A stretch of 64,000 nt of DNA from an uncultured Poribacteria bacterium (lineage in GTDB: Bacteria > Poribacteria > WGA-4E > WGA-3G): positions 4,000,001-4,064,000 of the forward strand of contig CATQHZ020000001.1 of NCBI GenBank assembly GCA_958296135.2, in the 5' to 3' direction. This document shows, one piece after another, positions 1 to 9,595 of the stretch. Both the position numbers and the translations under genes were made by a program. Position 1 is the stretch's first letter. Each line of letters starts with the position of its first letter. Under the pieces are notes generated by a model. That model was not told the origin of the DNA. It saw only the letters and a program-made list of their open reading frames with translations, and made no database searches.

Positions 1-37
1 CGAGCCAGACGACATCACCGTGCCGTGGAACATACAT
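1..37 (-). CDS. mazF: MazF/PemK-family toxin, 5' end only (runs off the window)
   Basis: ATG at 37 reads MYVPRHGDVVWL, matching the MazF N-terminus (YVPxxGDxxWx); starts 10 nt after the antitoxin-like stop. Confidence 0.7.
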   Translation of the reverse strand, partial: MYVPRHGDVVWL

Positions 38-46
38 AGTTAACCT

Positions 47-358
47 TCACCAAACCTCTTTGCCCACCGGCGGCCCGGTGTCAACTTCGCGAGAAAAGCC
101 GGACTTCGGCGCGCCAGGCTCGGGCTCTGGGACATTTGCGAGGAGTGCCTCCAGCGTCCAATCCGGCGGCGACACAGGACCCCGGTTTTTATCTCGACGA
201 GGGGCATCGCTCATTGCTACCTCAACATTCTCATCGGAAAAGTTGGGCTCTGGGACATTTGCGAGGAGGGTCTCTAGCGTCCAATCCGGCGGCGACACTT
301 GGGGATGAGGCTCGGATTCTCGCGTTGTTACGGAGGCTGTGACTGGATTCATTGTCAT
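47..358 (-). CDS. MazE-like antitoxin with duplicated C-terminal toxin-binding motif
   Basis: Two copies of VSPPDWTLE(T/A)LLANVPEP; ends EVDTGPPVGKEVW like the MazE C-terminus; directly upstream of the mazF-like start. Confidence 0.6.
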   Translation of the reverse strand: MTMNPVTASVTTRESEPHPQVSPPDWTLETLLANVPEPNFSDENVEVAMSDAPRRDKNRGPVSPPDWTLEALLANVPEPEPGAPKSGFSREVDTGPPVGKEVW

Positions 359-412
359 CTCAGGGCTCCTGCTGCACGGTTTTCAACCACACTATGGATG
401 CTGTTTTGGAAA

Positions 413-486
413 TGGGCGGTACAGGACTTGAACCTGTGACCTCTTGCATGTCAAGCAAACGCTCTAGCCACCTGAGCTAACCGCCC
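413..486 (-). tRNA. tRNA-Val(GAC)
   Basis: Reverse complement GGGCGGTTAGCTCAG...TTGACAT...GGTTCAAGTCCTGTACCGCCCA; cloverleaf, CCA not encoded. Confidence 0.93.
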
Positions 487-499
487 GTAGAAGGGGTGA

Positions 500-571
500 A
501 GGTGGCGGTCGGAATCGAACCGACGCATAAGAGTTTTGCAGACTCTGGCCTTACCACTTGGCTACGCCACC
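500..571 (-). tRNA. tRNA-Cys(GCA)
   Basis: GGTGGCGTAGCCAAGTGGTAAGGC..CTGCAAA..GGTTCGATTCCGACCGCCACCT. Confidence 0.95.
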
Positions 572-713
572 GGATTTTTGTCGTATACCTAATGAATCTG
601 AGTCGTTCGGGCTCGCCTGAGCCCGAATTGATAGTCGACACGGGCCCCGGACCTTGACACCCGAGCCCGATGCGCCCCCGGTAGGAACAACTTCCTAACC
701 GCGATAGGCGAAA

Positions 714-785
714 AGCGGGAGACGAGATTTGAACTCGCGACCTCCACCTTGGCAAGGTGGAGCTCTACCACTGAGCTACTCCCGC
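714..785 (-). tRNA. tRNA-Gly(GCC)
   Basis: GCGGGAGTAGCTCAGTGGTAGAGC..TTGCCAA..GAGTTCAAATCTCGTCTCCCGCT. Confidence 0.95.
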
Positions 786-856
786 ACAAACCTGAAACAT
801 GCTGGCGGTTTTCAAAATTCGCGCCCAAAACCGCGCATATACCCGAATGCTTATAT

Positions 857-885
857 AGTATACCACATTTTCGCGCGAATGTCAA
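857..885 (-). promoter_or_regulatory. sigma70 promoter of the tRNA cluster
   Basis: TTGACA-17-TATACT on the minus strand. Confidence 0.8.
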
Positions 886-938
886 ATTAAAATACCAAAA
901 TGTGACATTTTTGTCAAGAATTGTCGCAAAAATGTGAA

Positions 939-2147
939 TTAGGTGCGATAATCGGCGTTAATGCGGATGTAATCATAGGAATAATCGCACGTCCACATCG
1001 TTATCGCTGCATCGCCGGCACTTAAATCGATGGTAATCCGCACCGGATCTTGCGCGAACAACTCTGTCGCCTTCTCCTCGTCAAACCCTGCGTCCATTCC
1101 ATCTTTGACAAGTTGATAGCCGCCGAGCCAGACATTCACCTGATACGGATGAAATGCCGCGCCCGACTTCCCGATGGCCATCATGATGCGTCCCCAGTTG
1201 GCATCGTTGGCGAAAACTGCTGTCTTAACTAACGGCGATTCTGCGACAGCGCGCGCCGCTTTCTCTGCATCCTCCCGGTCTTTCGCGCTTGTGACGACGA
1301 CTTCAACGAGTTTCGTCGCGCCTTCGCCATCGCGCGCGAGCACCTTGGTCAACTCAGTGCAGACGCACTGGAGTCCCGCACAAAACGCCTCGTAATTTTC
1401 GCCATGAGCTTCGGCGATGTCAGGGTTGCCTGCATTTCCCGTGGCGAGGAGCAACACCGTGTCGTTCGTGCTCCGGTCTGTATCTACCGTGAGCAGGTTA
1501 TAGGTATCATCGACAACGCGAGTCAAGGCGAGCTGGAGCGTTTCGCCTGCGATGCACGCATCCGTAGTCAAAAACGAGAGCATCGTCGCCATGTTAGGAG
1601 CTATCATGCCTGAACCTTTCGCAATCCCGCCGATTCTCACCGGTGCACCGGCAATCTCTATCTCAACTGCGACAGACTTCGGGTGCGTATCGGTAGTCAT
1701 AATCGCCTCGGCGGCATCACTTCCACCCTCGGTGCTGAGTGCCGCCGCGGCGAGTTGGATCCCGTTCGCGAGGGTGTCCATCGGCAGTTGTTGCCCGATA
1801 ACGCCGGTTGAGGAGACGAGGACCTGGTTCGCCGCAATGCCGAGGCGTTCGGCTGTCATCGCTGCCATCTGTCGCGCGTTCGCCATGCCGAGTTCGCCGG
1901 TGCAGGCGTTGGCGTTACCGCTGTTGACAATTATCGCTTGCGCCGTCGCGGCGGCGAGGTGCTGGCGGCAAACCTGCACAGGTGCAGCGGTAACGCTATT
2001 CTTCGTGAAGACTCCCGCGGCAACAGCAGGCGCATCTGTCACGATGAGGGCCACATCTTTCTTGCCCGATTTTTTCAGCCCGGCGTGCACGCCCGATGCG
2101 CGCACGCCGGAAACCGCCGTGATTCCGCCATCTATCTTTTTCATCAA
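939..2147 (-). CDS. argJ: Bifunctional ornithine acetyltransferase/N-acetylglutamate synthase
   Basis: NSGNANA, IMTTD, AKGSGMIAPNMATML autoprocessing site, DGEGATK, C-terminal YIRINADYRT. Confidence 0.97.
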   Translation of the reverse strand: MMKKIDGGITAVSGVRASGVHAGLKKSGKKDVALIVTDAPAVAAGVFTKNSVTAAPVQVCRQHLAAATAQAIIVNSGNANACTGELGMANARQMAAMTAERLGIAANQVLVSSTGVIGQQLPMDTLANGIQLAAAALSTEGGSDAAEAIMTTDTHPKSVAVEIEIAGAPVRIGGIAKGSGMIAPNMATMLSFLTTDACIAGETLQLALTRVVDDTYNLLTVDTDRSTNDTVLLLATGNAGNPDIAEAHGENYEAFCAGLQCVCTELTKVLARDGEGATKLVEVVVTSAKDREDAEKAARAVAESPLVKTAVFANDANWGRIMMAIGKSGAAFHPYQVNVWLGGYQLVKDGMDAGFDEEKATELFAQDPVRITIDLSAGDAAITMWTCDYSYDYIRINADYRT

Positions 2148-2229
2148 AACGCTCCTAAAGCACGAATGTGAGACACATTATACACTATTTTTAAGAAAAC
2201 GTCAAGTTTTTTAATGCCCCCCCCTCACC

Positions 2230-2347
2230 GTAGGGCGAGGGAAAACCCGGCGAGCACGAATCGCCGAGGGTTCCCCTCGCCATGCCACGATCGCGGCGCA
2301 CAGAAATCTGCCGGCCTTACCGTAGGGCGAGGTCCTGTGCCTCGCCA
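2230..2347. repeat. GTAG-type REP pair (family A, GTAGGGCGAGG...CCTCGCC)
   Basis: Two palindromes, one carrying the CGGCGA-GCACGAA-TCGCCG loop insertion. Confidence 0.8.
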
Positions 2348-2402
2348 TGCATCGATCGCAGCGCAGCCCCCGGGCAATACGGCATCCCAGGCCCTCTTCG
2401 GA

Positions 2403-2750
2403 CTAGCCGCCCATTGCAGCAGCGACGATAATCCCCAACGCAATCAGCACACCCGCCACGGCGACACCCGCCGCGGTGTTGTTCTCCTCGGCGATTTGGC
2501 GGTTCAAATCGTAAGGCGTCGCCCAATCAAAGACTTTGTAGCCTATCATCAGCACAATCAAGCCGACGATGCTGAAGACGACGCCTTCAATAATCAGCCC
2601 CGCGAGGACTTTGAAGTTAATCATTGGGCCGTCTGCTGTCACGACCGGAGCATCTTGCGCATTCGCATGCGTGCCAAAAAGCGTCATCGCAACAATCGAA
2701 ACGATGACGAGGCAGAACGTGGTTGATACAATCTTCTTAGCCATTTTCAT
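2403..2750 (-). CDS. DUF350-family small membrane protein
   Basis: FDWATPYDLNRQIAEENNTAAGV motif; hydrophobic helices. Confidence 0.8.
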   Translation of the reverse strand: MKMAKKIVSTTFCLVIVSIVAMTLFGTHANAQDAPVVTADGPMINFKVLAGLIIEGVVFSIVGLIVLMIGYKVFDWATPYDLNRQIAEENNTAAGVAVAGVLIALGIIVAAAMGG

Positions 2751-2856
2751 TGCCTCCTATAGACATTGCAGTTCTAACAGACTGCTAACGGAGGGACAGA
2801 TAGAGACATCCGCCCCTACAAGGTTCGGTAGGCGCGCTTTGAAAGCACCCCCACAA

Positions 2857-5800
2857 TTAGATAAAAAATTGAAATTGCACATCCACGGTGGCGTGCAGGT
2901 GTTTGATGAGGAGTGTATCCTTCTCCGCGATATAGAGCCATCCGGAGCCGGTGTCACCGCTTTCTTCCTCAAGCGATTTCACGGCGGGGAGCTCGGTCTC
3001 AATATCAAGGCTTCGGGCGCGAATACCACGCGGCGGGCGGCCGTAGCCTGCGATAAGTGTCCAACTCGTCTCGTCTGCGGCGTAACTCAGATTCCACGTC
3101 AGGCCGCCCCCTTTGGTGAGGGTAAGTCCCTCCACTTTAGCACCCGAACTCACATGGATATTACCGGTGATGGCGGTTTTCACACCCGGGTCTAGCCCGA
3201 GAAGCGTATAGACGTTCACCATAATATCCGCGGGGTTAAGGTGCGGACCGCGGCCTTCAGTGCAGAATGCATAGAGCCCATCAGGATAAGTGCCTTTGCG
3301 CTCGCCCTCTGTCCACTGCTGATACATCGCACTGACGACGATGCCCGCCGCAATCTTCTCCCACGGCAGGCTGTCCGCGTTACCGCCCGAAGTCGCGCTT
3401 TTTACACGAGCTAAGTGCTGCAGATAGTAGGCGAACACCAAGCCATTCCACTGCACTGGCACGCCAAACCACGGGTGCGTATAGAACGTCGTCCCGAAAA
3501 CCGGAACCGAGGCGAAGCGCATGCTGAGCCGGTCGCGGAGATGCCAATGGTAGAGGAACGGCAAACCGGCTTTCGCCCAGTATGCTGCGCGCCGGAGATA
3601 CGTTTTATCGCTCGTGATTTGATACGCCTCAACATACGCACCGAGTGCATAGGCGGCGGCAAGGAGATCTGGCTGATACATCGGGCATTCCCACAACTGC
3701 GCCCCGCGCGGCACAGCGAATTGCTTCATGAATTTCAGCGCCTCAAGGCCCGCCTCTCGCGAAGTCGCGTCCCCGGTGATTCTCGCGTGTTTGAGAAGCG
3801 TCAGCGCGGCGTTCGCGCATGTGCCAAGCACAGCATCCCCCGCGTTACCGAGCGTTGCAGTTTTATCGTCTGCCGGATACCACCGCCAACTGCCATCCGG
3901 TTCCTGCTCGCTGACGAGGCGCAGTGCCTCGGTTTTCATGAAATCCACAGCCGCCTCAAGGTGGCCGACATAGAACGGAAACTCCCATCTCAGAATATGA
4001 CAAGAGCCGCGGGCGGCTAGACTTCCCGCGCCCGATTCGGCGCGCGTGCTATTGCGGATATCCGCAACGCGCCGCTTAACGGCCTCATCCTGGGTAGCAA
4101 GGTAATCATACCAGAGTAGCGTGCCGACACCCGGTTCGTTATGCGCCGGCCAACCGATACAGTGACGCGATTTCTGCGTCTCGGCATCCCACGTCGTCTC
4201 CATAAACCCATGCCGCGAAAGCAGGAGCTCTTCTTCGTCGCCGCGGGGCGGTTCAAGCGGCTCTGGGAAGCCGTAGGCATCGCACCAATGCGTTACCGCA
4301 TCTAGCACAGAGGCAGTCCCCTCAACAATCAGCTCGCTTTTGATAGTCACAGGCCGACCCGATTTGAGGGAATAGGGCGTAGCCGCAAGCGTCTGATTCT
4401 CCTCTACCCACGCCGGCACCGTCGGGAGAAACACGCCCATCAACGTGTTTCGCTGAGAATGGTGCCAATTGGGGGAGGCAAAAATAGCGGAGAGGCACTG
4501 ATTGTCGCCATCCCACTTATCCAAAGGATTCCAGATAATGCCGACGACGCTTTTCTGGACTTCTACTGCCATAGCCGGCACGGTAATTTTATACGGATGC
4601 GGGACTAAGCGATTGTCGTGCGGCGGCGCGGCATCGCGCGGGTTCGAGGAACGCTCAGTACCTTCCAAAAATTCCAGCCCAGGGAATAGGGCAGCAGTCT
4701 TCTTGTCGCGATTGCGTCCTTGATGGAAGGCGCAGAGCATCGGACCATGGAAGGCGAGCAGCTCTCGCTCTTCGCTGCCTTCGCTGACTTCCAAACGTGC
4801 CTCGTTCTGAATGCGAGTCGCGTTCTCGCCGAGAATCCACTCGCTCCGATACTGCCACGTCACGCCATCGGCATCGGTGTGTGCACCGTTCATAGAGACA
4901 ATAGACTCGCCGCCGCTGTTCCCGGCAAGTTGGTAACTCAATGGCGTAAGACGGAAAGTTTTCGGACTTCGCAAGGCGTGCGATAACGTCTCGGGGGCAT
5001 TCACGTCCCGCTCCGTAGAACTGGCATTACGGAGTCGAACTGACGATGCAGCTTGACTCTCTTGAGAGGCGCGCTCGTCGATGCCCCCGTTTTGGCCGCT
5101 ATGAGAGTAAGTCACTTCGGACAGCGCGGGGCAAACGGCAACCTGCTGATAGGTACCGGCCTTCGCGGCAAACAGCGCGTAGTATTCAAAGCCACCGGAA
5201 GAATTCCGAACAAAAACGACGCGAAGGTGCTGATTTCCCATCACGAGGTGTCCATCTTGCGAATAAGTGTGCAGTTCTTTCGTCACTTTGGCAGAGAGTT
5301 TCGGCAGCGCAGGACGAATCTCAACGCTGCAGGCAGCAGTGCAGCTGTTCTCGCCCGCAGCAGTTTGACAGCGAAGCGACGCAGAGACGCTGAGCGAGTG
5401 TGACGAACGGCGCAGAAGCCAAGAGACGGTGGCTTCTGCACCCGGCTCAATCTGTTTAATCGTCTGCGTTGGACGACTACGCCATAATTTCACACCGTTG
5501 ATAGTCACACGCGCGCTGTCCGCCTCGCCGAGGGGCGCATCACCTGTATTCCGAACGGTGCATTGCACCTCAAAATCCTCACCCGCTGTGACGACAGCGG
5601 CGGTGGCACCGAGACTCACAATTTCCAACTTCGGTTGGGCGGCGTATAACGTTAAGGCTTGTAAGGGCGAATTGCCATAGTCACCCAGGGCAGCCTCGCA
5701 TCGCGCACGGACATCTCTGACAGCTTCGGAAACAGGTGTTGAAACGGCTGGATTGAATTCAAACAGCCGCTGGCTCGCATCAGCAAATTGCGCGAGAACA

Positions 5801-6612
5801 GTGCAACCGTAGAGTGCAGGTTCTGCAGCACCCTTTGCTTTGCGCAGTGGACATTGTGTGAGTTTGAGCAGCCGCGGTTTGCCCCACACTGCCCATGCAT
5901 AGTTGCTATTGCCCGCTACGTTACACGCTGTCAGAAAGGAAATGCTTATCTCTTGTCCCGCGTATTCGGTAAGTTCCACGGCGTGCTCATCCCATCGACA
6001 CTCGGCTGAGACGCTCTCAAATCTTTCGGAACTCGCAACGCGTTCGTTCGAGGTTACTAACGCGGGGCGGGATTTCCTACCGGGGCTGTCATCGACGTTG
6101 TCTTGGTTCTGACTGTTCATACCCGCCCGTTCCTCAATCTCGATGCTGAACCGTACGCCACCGGGCCGCCGCTCGGCATCGTCAAACACAACACCGTCCC
6201 GCAAACCGATGAGGAAATGCAGAAAGAGTTTTTCGTTATCTGCAATGTCCGGAAGCAAGAGCGCGTAAGTAACCCGCGCCGCATTCGTTGGCGTTGGATG
6301 CGCGAAGATTGCGGGATGCTTCACACCGCCAACACAATCGGAACCACTGGCAGACACCTGCTCCGCACCAGATACCTCACTTTTTTTAAACAAGGCAACG
6401 AAATCATAGAGAACCTCGCGCACACCAAGTTCAGGCGCAGCATCGGCTTCGGGTGCCGTACCGTCGCCGCCGCTGCCATCGGTATCAGGTGCCGGAGCAT
6501 CTTCATACGGGACGTTCTCAGCGTCAGACAGCGTATCCTCTGTCACCGTGTCCGGGCCAGCCGATACTTGCCCAATGCATGTCGCCAGAAGCCGTTCAAA
6601 AACAGTCACCAT
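2857..6612 (-). CDS. Large multidomain hypothetical protein (jelly-roll/CBM-like, CARDB-like Ig, C-terminal alpha/alpha toroid)
   Basis: 1251-aa ORF abutting the DUF2961 gene; TVRNTGDAPL CARDB-like segment; QEPDGSW and helical repeats in the C-terminal half. Confidence 0.7.
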   Translation of the reverse strand: MVTVFERLLATCIGQVSAGPDTVTEDTLSDAENVPYEDAPAPDTDGSGGDGTAPEADAAPELGVREVLYDFVALFKKSEVSGAEQVSASGSDCVGGVKHPAIFAHPTPTNAARVTYALLLPDIADNEKLFLHFLIGLRDGVVFDDAERRPGGVRFSIEIEERAGMNSQNQDNVDDSPGRKSRPALVTSNERVASSERFESVSAECRWDEHAVELTEYAGQEISISFLTACNVAGNSNYAWAVWGKPRLLKLTQCPLRKAKGAAEPALYGCTVLAQFADASQRLFEFNPAVSTPVSEAVRDVRARCEAALGDYGNSPLQALTLYAAQPKLEIVSLGATAAVVTAGEDFEVQCTVRNTGDAPLGEADSARVTINGVKLWRSRPTQTIKQIEPGAEATVSWLLRRSSHSLSVSASLRCQTAAGENSCTAACSVEIRPALPKLSAKVTKELHTYSQDGHLVMGNQHLRVVFVRNSSGGFEYYALFAAKAGTYQQVAVCPALSEVTYSHSGQNGGIDERASQESQAASSVRLRNASSTERDVNAPETLSHALRSPKTFRLTPLSYQLAGNSGGESIVSMNGAHTDADGVTWQYRSEWILGENATRIQNEARLEVSEGSEERELLAFHGPMLCAFHQGRNRDKKTAALFPGLEFLEGTERSSNPRDAAPPHDNRLVPHPYKITVPAMAVEVQKSVVGIIWNPLDKWDGDNQCLSAIFASPNWHHSQRNTLMGVFLPTVPAWVEENQTLAATPYSLKSGRPVTIKSELIVEGTASVLDAVTHWCDAYGFPEPLEPPRGDEEELLLSRHGFMETTWDAETQKSRHCIGWPAHNEPGVGTLLWYDYLATQDEAVKRRVADIRNSTRAESGAGSLAARGSCHILRWEFPFYVGHLEAAVDFMKTEALRLVSEQEPDGSWRWYPADDKTATLGNAGDAVLGTCANAALTLLKHARITGDATSREAGLEALKFMKQFAVPRGAQLWECPMYQPDLLAAAYALGAYVEAYQITSDKTYLRRAAYWAKAGLPFLYHWHLRDRLSMRFASVPVFGTTFYTHPWFGVPVQWNGLVFAYYLQHLARVKSATSGGNADSLPWEKIAAGIVVSAMYQQWTEGERKGTYPDGLYAFCTEGRGPHLNPADIMVNVYTLLGLDPGVKTAITGNIHVSSGAKVEGLTLTKGGGLTWNLSYAADETSWTLIAGYGRPPRGIRARSLDIETELPAVKSLEEESGDTGSGWLYIAEKDTLLIKHLHATVDVQFQFFI

Positions 6613-7749
6613 TTATCTCTTTTCACTCCATTTCTGTCTCATCGCCTGCATCTCCGCGTTCAACTCGGGAACAGGGGCCGCGTGCTGCAACTGCCACTCA
6701 CCCGACTCGTCCTTCCGAACCGGCTGCCGTTGCGCGACAGGCACAATGCCAAACGGACGGTGCGGCTCAAGCTGATACCAATAGGCGACAGAAGACATCT
6801 CATTGCTGAGGTGGTTGCCGTGGCCGTGCTCAATCGTCACCCGAATCTCCTTCTCAAAACGGATAGGATTTTCGAGGTGATAAACGTAAGAGGACTGGTA
6901 CCCATCGGTATCGTCCTCATGGATAGACGAACCGTTGTGTGCAAACGCGTTCTTCTGCATGCCCCAAGCCTGATTCAGGTAATCTTCAGAACCCGTGCCG
7001 TGTAAATCGGGCGGCCACTTGTAGCCGTCAATCCAGATCATATCGTCGCCTTCGCCCCACCACGTGCCTTGGAAATTGGTAACGGAGAGATTGCAGCCGA
7101 CATAGTGGCCCCTGCCCTCGGCGGACAAAATCAGGTAGTTGGTGTCCCAGGCAAGGCGTTCAGCATTGACGATATTCGCCTCCGATGCATTGACCCGGAT
7201 TTCGTGTCCCCAACCATCGCACGGGTTTTCGCGAAGGAATTGCGCATGGAAATAAGCAGTATCGTCACCGAGCGGCGCGGGATACTGCTCGTAGTCAATG
7301 TAGAAGTATTGGCGGTGCGGCGTATCGCCCTCGTTGACGAGCTCGATGCGGGCGGCACGGTTAAACGGCATCTGCAGATAGCAATTCAGCGCGCACCCCG
7401 TGTTGAACGCGTTATTCTGAGCTGTGGACGCGGAGAACGGAATCGAATCGTAAGAATTGACGATTTCGTTGCCCAGCCCGAAAAAGTCACCCAACGGACA
7501 CAACACACTCGGATGCTCCTCGTCGTCCCAAAACATCCGAATCAGCACGTTCCGATACCCGTTTGGCTGTGTCAGCCAGATGTGATTGATACATCCGGGG
7601 CCCTGGATATCCGCGAGAACGCAAGTCGCTCCGGGGGCGATGTCCCAAGCATCGTTATTGCGCCCTGTGGTATCCCACGAGGAGGCGCGGCCGGAGCGTG
7701 CGTCTTTCACACGCGTCAACGATGATAAAAGTCCTTCAAGATAGGCCAT
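6613..7749 (-). CDS. DUF2961 / GH172-family glycoside hydrolase
   Basis: SSWDTTGRNND, GPGCINHIWLT, WWGEGDD, GTGSEDY, IEHGHGN motifs. Confidence 0.88.
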   Translation of the reverse strand: MAYLEGLLSSLTRVKDARSGRASSWDTTGRNNDAWDIAPGATCVLADIQGPGCINHIWLTQPNGYRNVLIRMFWDDEEHPSVLCPLGDFFGLGNEIVNSYDSIPFSASTAQNNAFNTGCALNCYLQMPFNRAARIELVNEGDTPHRQYFYIDYEQYPAPLGDDTAYFHAQFLRENPCDGWGHEIRVNASEANIVNAERLAWDTNYLILSAEGRGHYVGCNLSVTNFQGTWWGEGDDMIWIDGYKWPPDLHGTGSEDYLNQAWGMQKNAFAHNGSSIHEDDTDGYQSSYVYHLENPIRFEKEIRVTIEHGHGNHLSNEMSSVAYWYQLEPHRPFGIVPVAQRQPVRKDESGEWQLQHAAPVPELNAEMQAMRQKWSEKR

Positions 7750-7828
7750 GTCGTTCTAAATTCCTCTTTTTGTTCTTCCTAGCGGTTGTTCGGCTCACGT
7801 GGGGAAAACTTATCTGTTCACTGCCAAT

Positions 7829-8641
7829 TTAGCCCGCTATTACGGACTTCATCTTTTCCAAACCGACGCGCGCCACTTCCCCCGGGTCTTCCTCCCAATA
7901 CGAAGGGTTGAACAACTCCAGAGAGACAACGCCGTTATACCCCGCGGCTTCCAAGATGGATAGCATTTGCTTGAGAGCGAGAATACCATCGCCGGGGTAA
8001 ACCCGGTCTGCATCGGTTTGTTCTTCACGCGCCGGACGCGCCGGCGCATCGTTGAAATGGAAAATCGCGATTTTGTCGGCGGGAATGCCACGCATGTCGT
8101 CAATCTCTCCGCCACCACGATAGAGATGAAACGGATCGAGGACAATAGTGCTATCCGGATGAGCTGCCACGCGCATCACCTCCCACGCGTGCTTGACTTT
8201 GTTGACTCCATCAACGAACCCGAGGAATTCCATCGCCGGTTTCACGCCGAAGTCGCGTCCAAGTTCCAGCAGTTCGCGGTAATTCTCGCCGCCCAACTGC
8301 AGGTCAGCTACTTCGCGCGGTGGACTGGAAATGATGTAAGTCGCGCCGACAGCGGCGGCTTGCGCCATGCGCCGTTTTGCCTCTTCAAGCGCCTTCTGAT
8401 GTTCCGCACCCATCGTATTGAGCCAGCCGTGCAAGGCGATAACCGTGGGCACTGAAAGCCCCCAGTCATCCAGCGCGCTTTTCACATCGGCGAGGGAGCC
8501 GCCCTGCTCCTCGTATACGGTAAGGTCATCGTTCCAGAGCTCAATCGCCGAATAGCCGGTTGCGCCCGCGATGCGGATTTTATCCATTAACCCCGCCGGG
8601 CGAATGGTACTAGTGTTGAATCCTAACTGAAATTGTGCCAT
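7829..8641 (-). CDS. Sugar phosphate isomerase/epimerase (xylose isomerase-like TIM barrel)
   Basis: EFLG, LDPFH, HFND, SLELFN metal-ligand motifs. Confidence 0.88.
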   Translation of the reverse strand: MAQFQLGFNTSTIRPAGLMDKIRIAGATGYSAIELWNDDLTVYEEQGGSLADVKSALDDWGLSVPTVIALHGWLNTMGAEHQKALEEAKRRMAQAAAVGATYIISSPPREVADLQLGGENYRELLELGRDFGVKPAMEFLGFVDGVNKVKHAWEVMRVAAHPDSTIVLDPFHLYRGGGEIDDMRGIPADKIAIFHFNDAPARPAREEQTDADRVYPGDGILALKQMLSILEAAGYNGVVSLELFNPSYWEEDPGEVARVGLEKMKSVIAG

Positions 8642-8656
8642 TTTGTTCCTTTACAG

Positions 8657-8758
8657 ACATCGAGACCGGGAGGTCTCTCTTACAAGAAGAAAGCATCGAG
8701 ACGCGGGAGGGCTCTCCTACAAGAAGAAAGCATCGAGACGCGGGAGGGCTCTCCTACC
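8657..8758. repeat. Three tandem family-B REP units (~37-bp period)
   Basis: CATCGAGAC(G)CGGGAGG(G/T)CTCTC(C/T)TAC x3 = reverse GTAGGAGAG(A/C)CCTCC...TCTCGATG. Confidence 0.85.
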
Positions 8759-8782
8759 GGGGGTGTTCTGCATCATGCTCAA

Positions 8783-9583
8783 TTATTTCGCCATCAATGC
8801 CCGAATGAAACGGACATCTATCCGCGCCAGATCGATGACGCTATCCACCGGTTCGCCGCTGTATTCGCTATGAAAACTGATGGGCCCGGAGAAGTTTATC
8901 GCCCTCAGCGTGTTAACGGCGGTTTCCCAATCAACGAAGCCTTTGCCCATGCGCACGACTGCGCCGCCTCGCATCCCCGGCGAACGCGCCAGGTCCTTGA
9001 ACGCCATCACAGCAAGATGCGACTTGACAATATCGAGAGCCATGTTAATCGGTTCGCCAACGATGGAGAGGTGCCCAGTGTCAGCGAAAACGCCGACATG
9101 CCGCGCGTCAAACCCCCTGACAAGGTTCATCACGGCACAAGAATTGAGGCCCATGGAGGTCCCGGAATGGTTATGGATGCATGTCCGCGGCCCGTATGCC
9201 TCCGAAAGTTTCGAGAATCCATTAAGTTGGCGATGGATAAAATCGACTTGGTCCCAATAGCCGCCATCGTCGGCGTGCCAGTGCCAATATCCGAGTTTGA
9301 TATTCTCAACGCCCGCTTCGCCCGCCGCGGCGTAGACACGAATTGTCGCCTCATCGGTAGGCTCAAGAAAATCGCCGGGTGTCGTAATTAACGGGATAGA
9401 CAACCCCTCAGCGGCGAACCGTTTTGCAGCGGCAGGCAATGCTGTCGTCGCGTTTTCGGGGTTGACCGGATAGCCGGGGCGCACACACAAATCGGCACCT
9501 TGGACACCTACGGCATGGAGCGCCTTGATAATGTCCGGCACGTCCAAACCTTGTAAGTGCTTTGTGAACATAATAAATTTCAT
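8783..9583 (-). CDS. Sugar phosphate isomerase/epimerase family protein
   Basis: DLCVRPG, HNHSG, DTGH, FKD, HSEY. Confidence 0.85.
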   Translation of the reverse strand: MKFIMFTKHLQGLDVPDIIKALHAVGVQGADLCVRPGYPVNPENATTALPAAAKRFAAEGLSIPLITTPGDFLEPTDEATIRVYAAAGEAGVENIKLGYWHWHADDGGYWDQVDFIHRQLNGFSKLSEAYGPRTCIHNHSGTSMGLNSCAVMNLVRGFDARHVGVFADTGHLSIVGEPINMALDIVKSHLAVMAFKDLARSPGMRGGAVVRMGKGFVDWETAVNTLRAINFSGPISFHSEYSGEPVDSVIDLARIDVRFIRALMAK

Positions 9584-9595
9584 AACGAAAATCTC

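Noticed and set aside
625-700. SRP RNA in the tRNA spacer
   Set aside because: Lacks the conserved helix-8 CAGG..GRAA..AGCA motif
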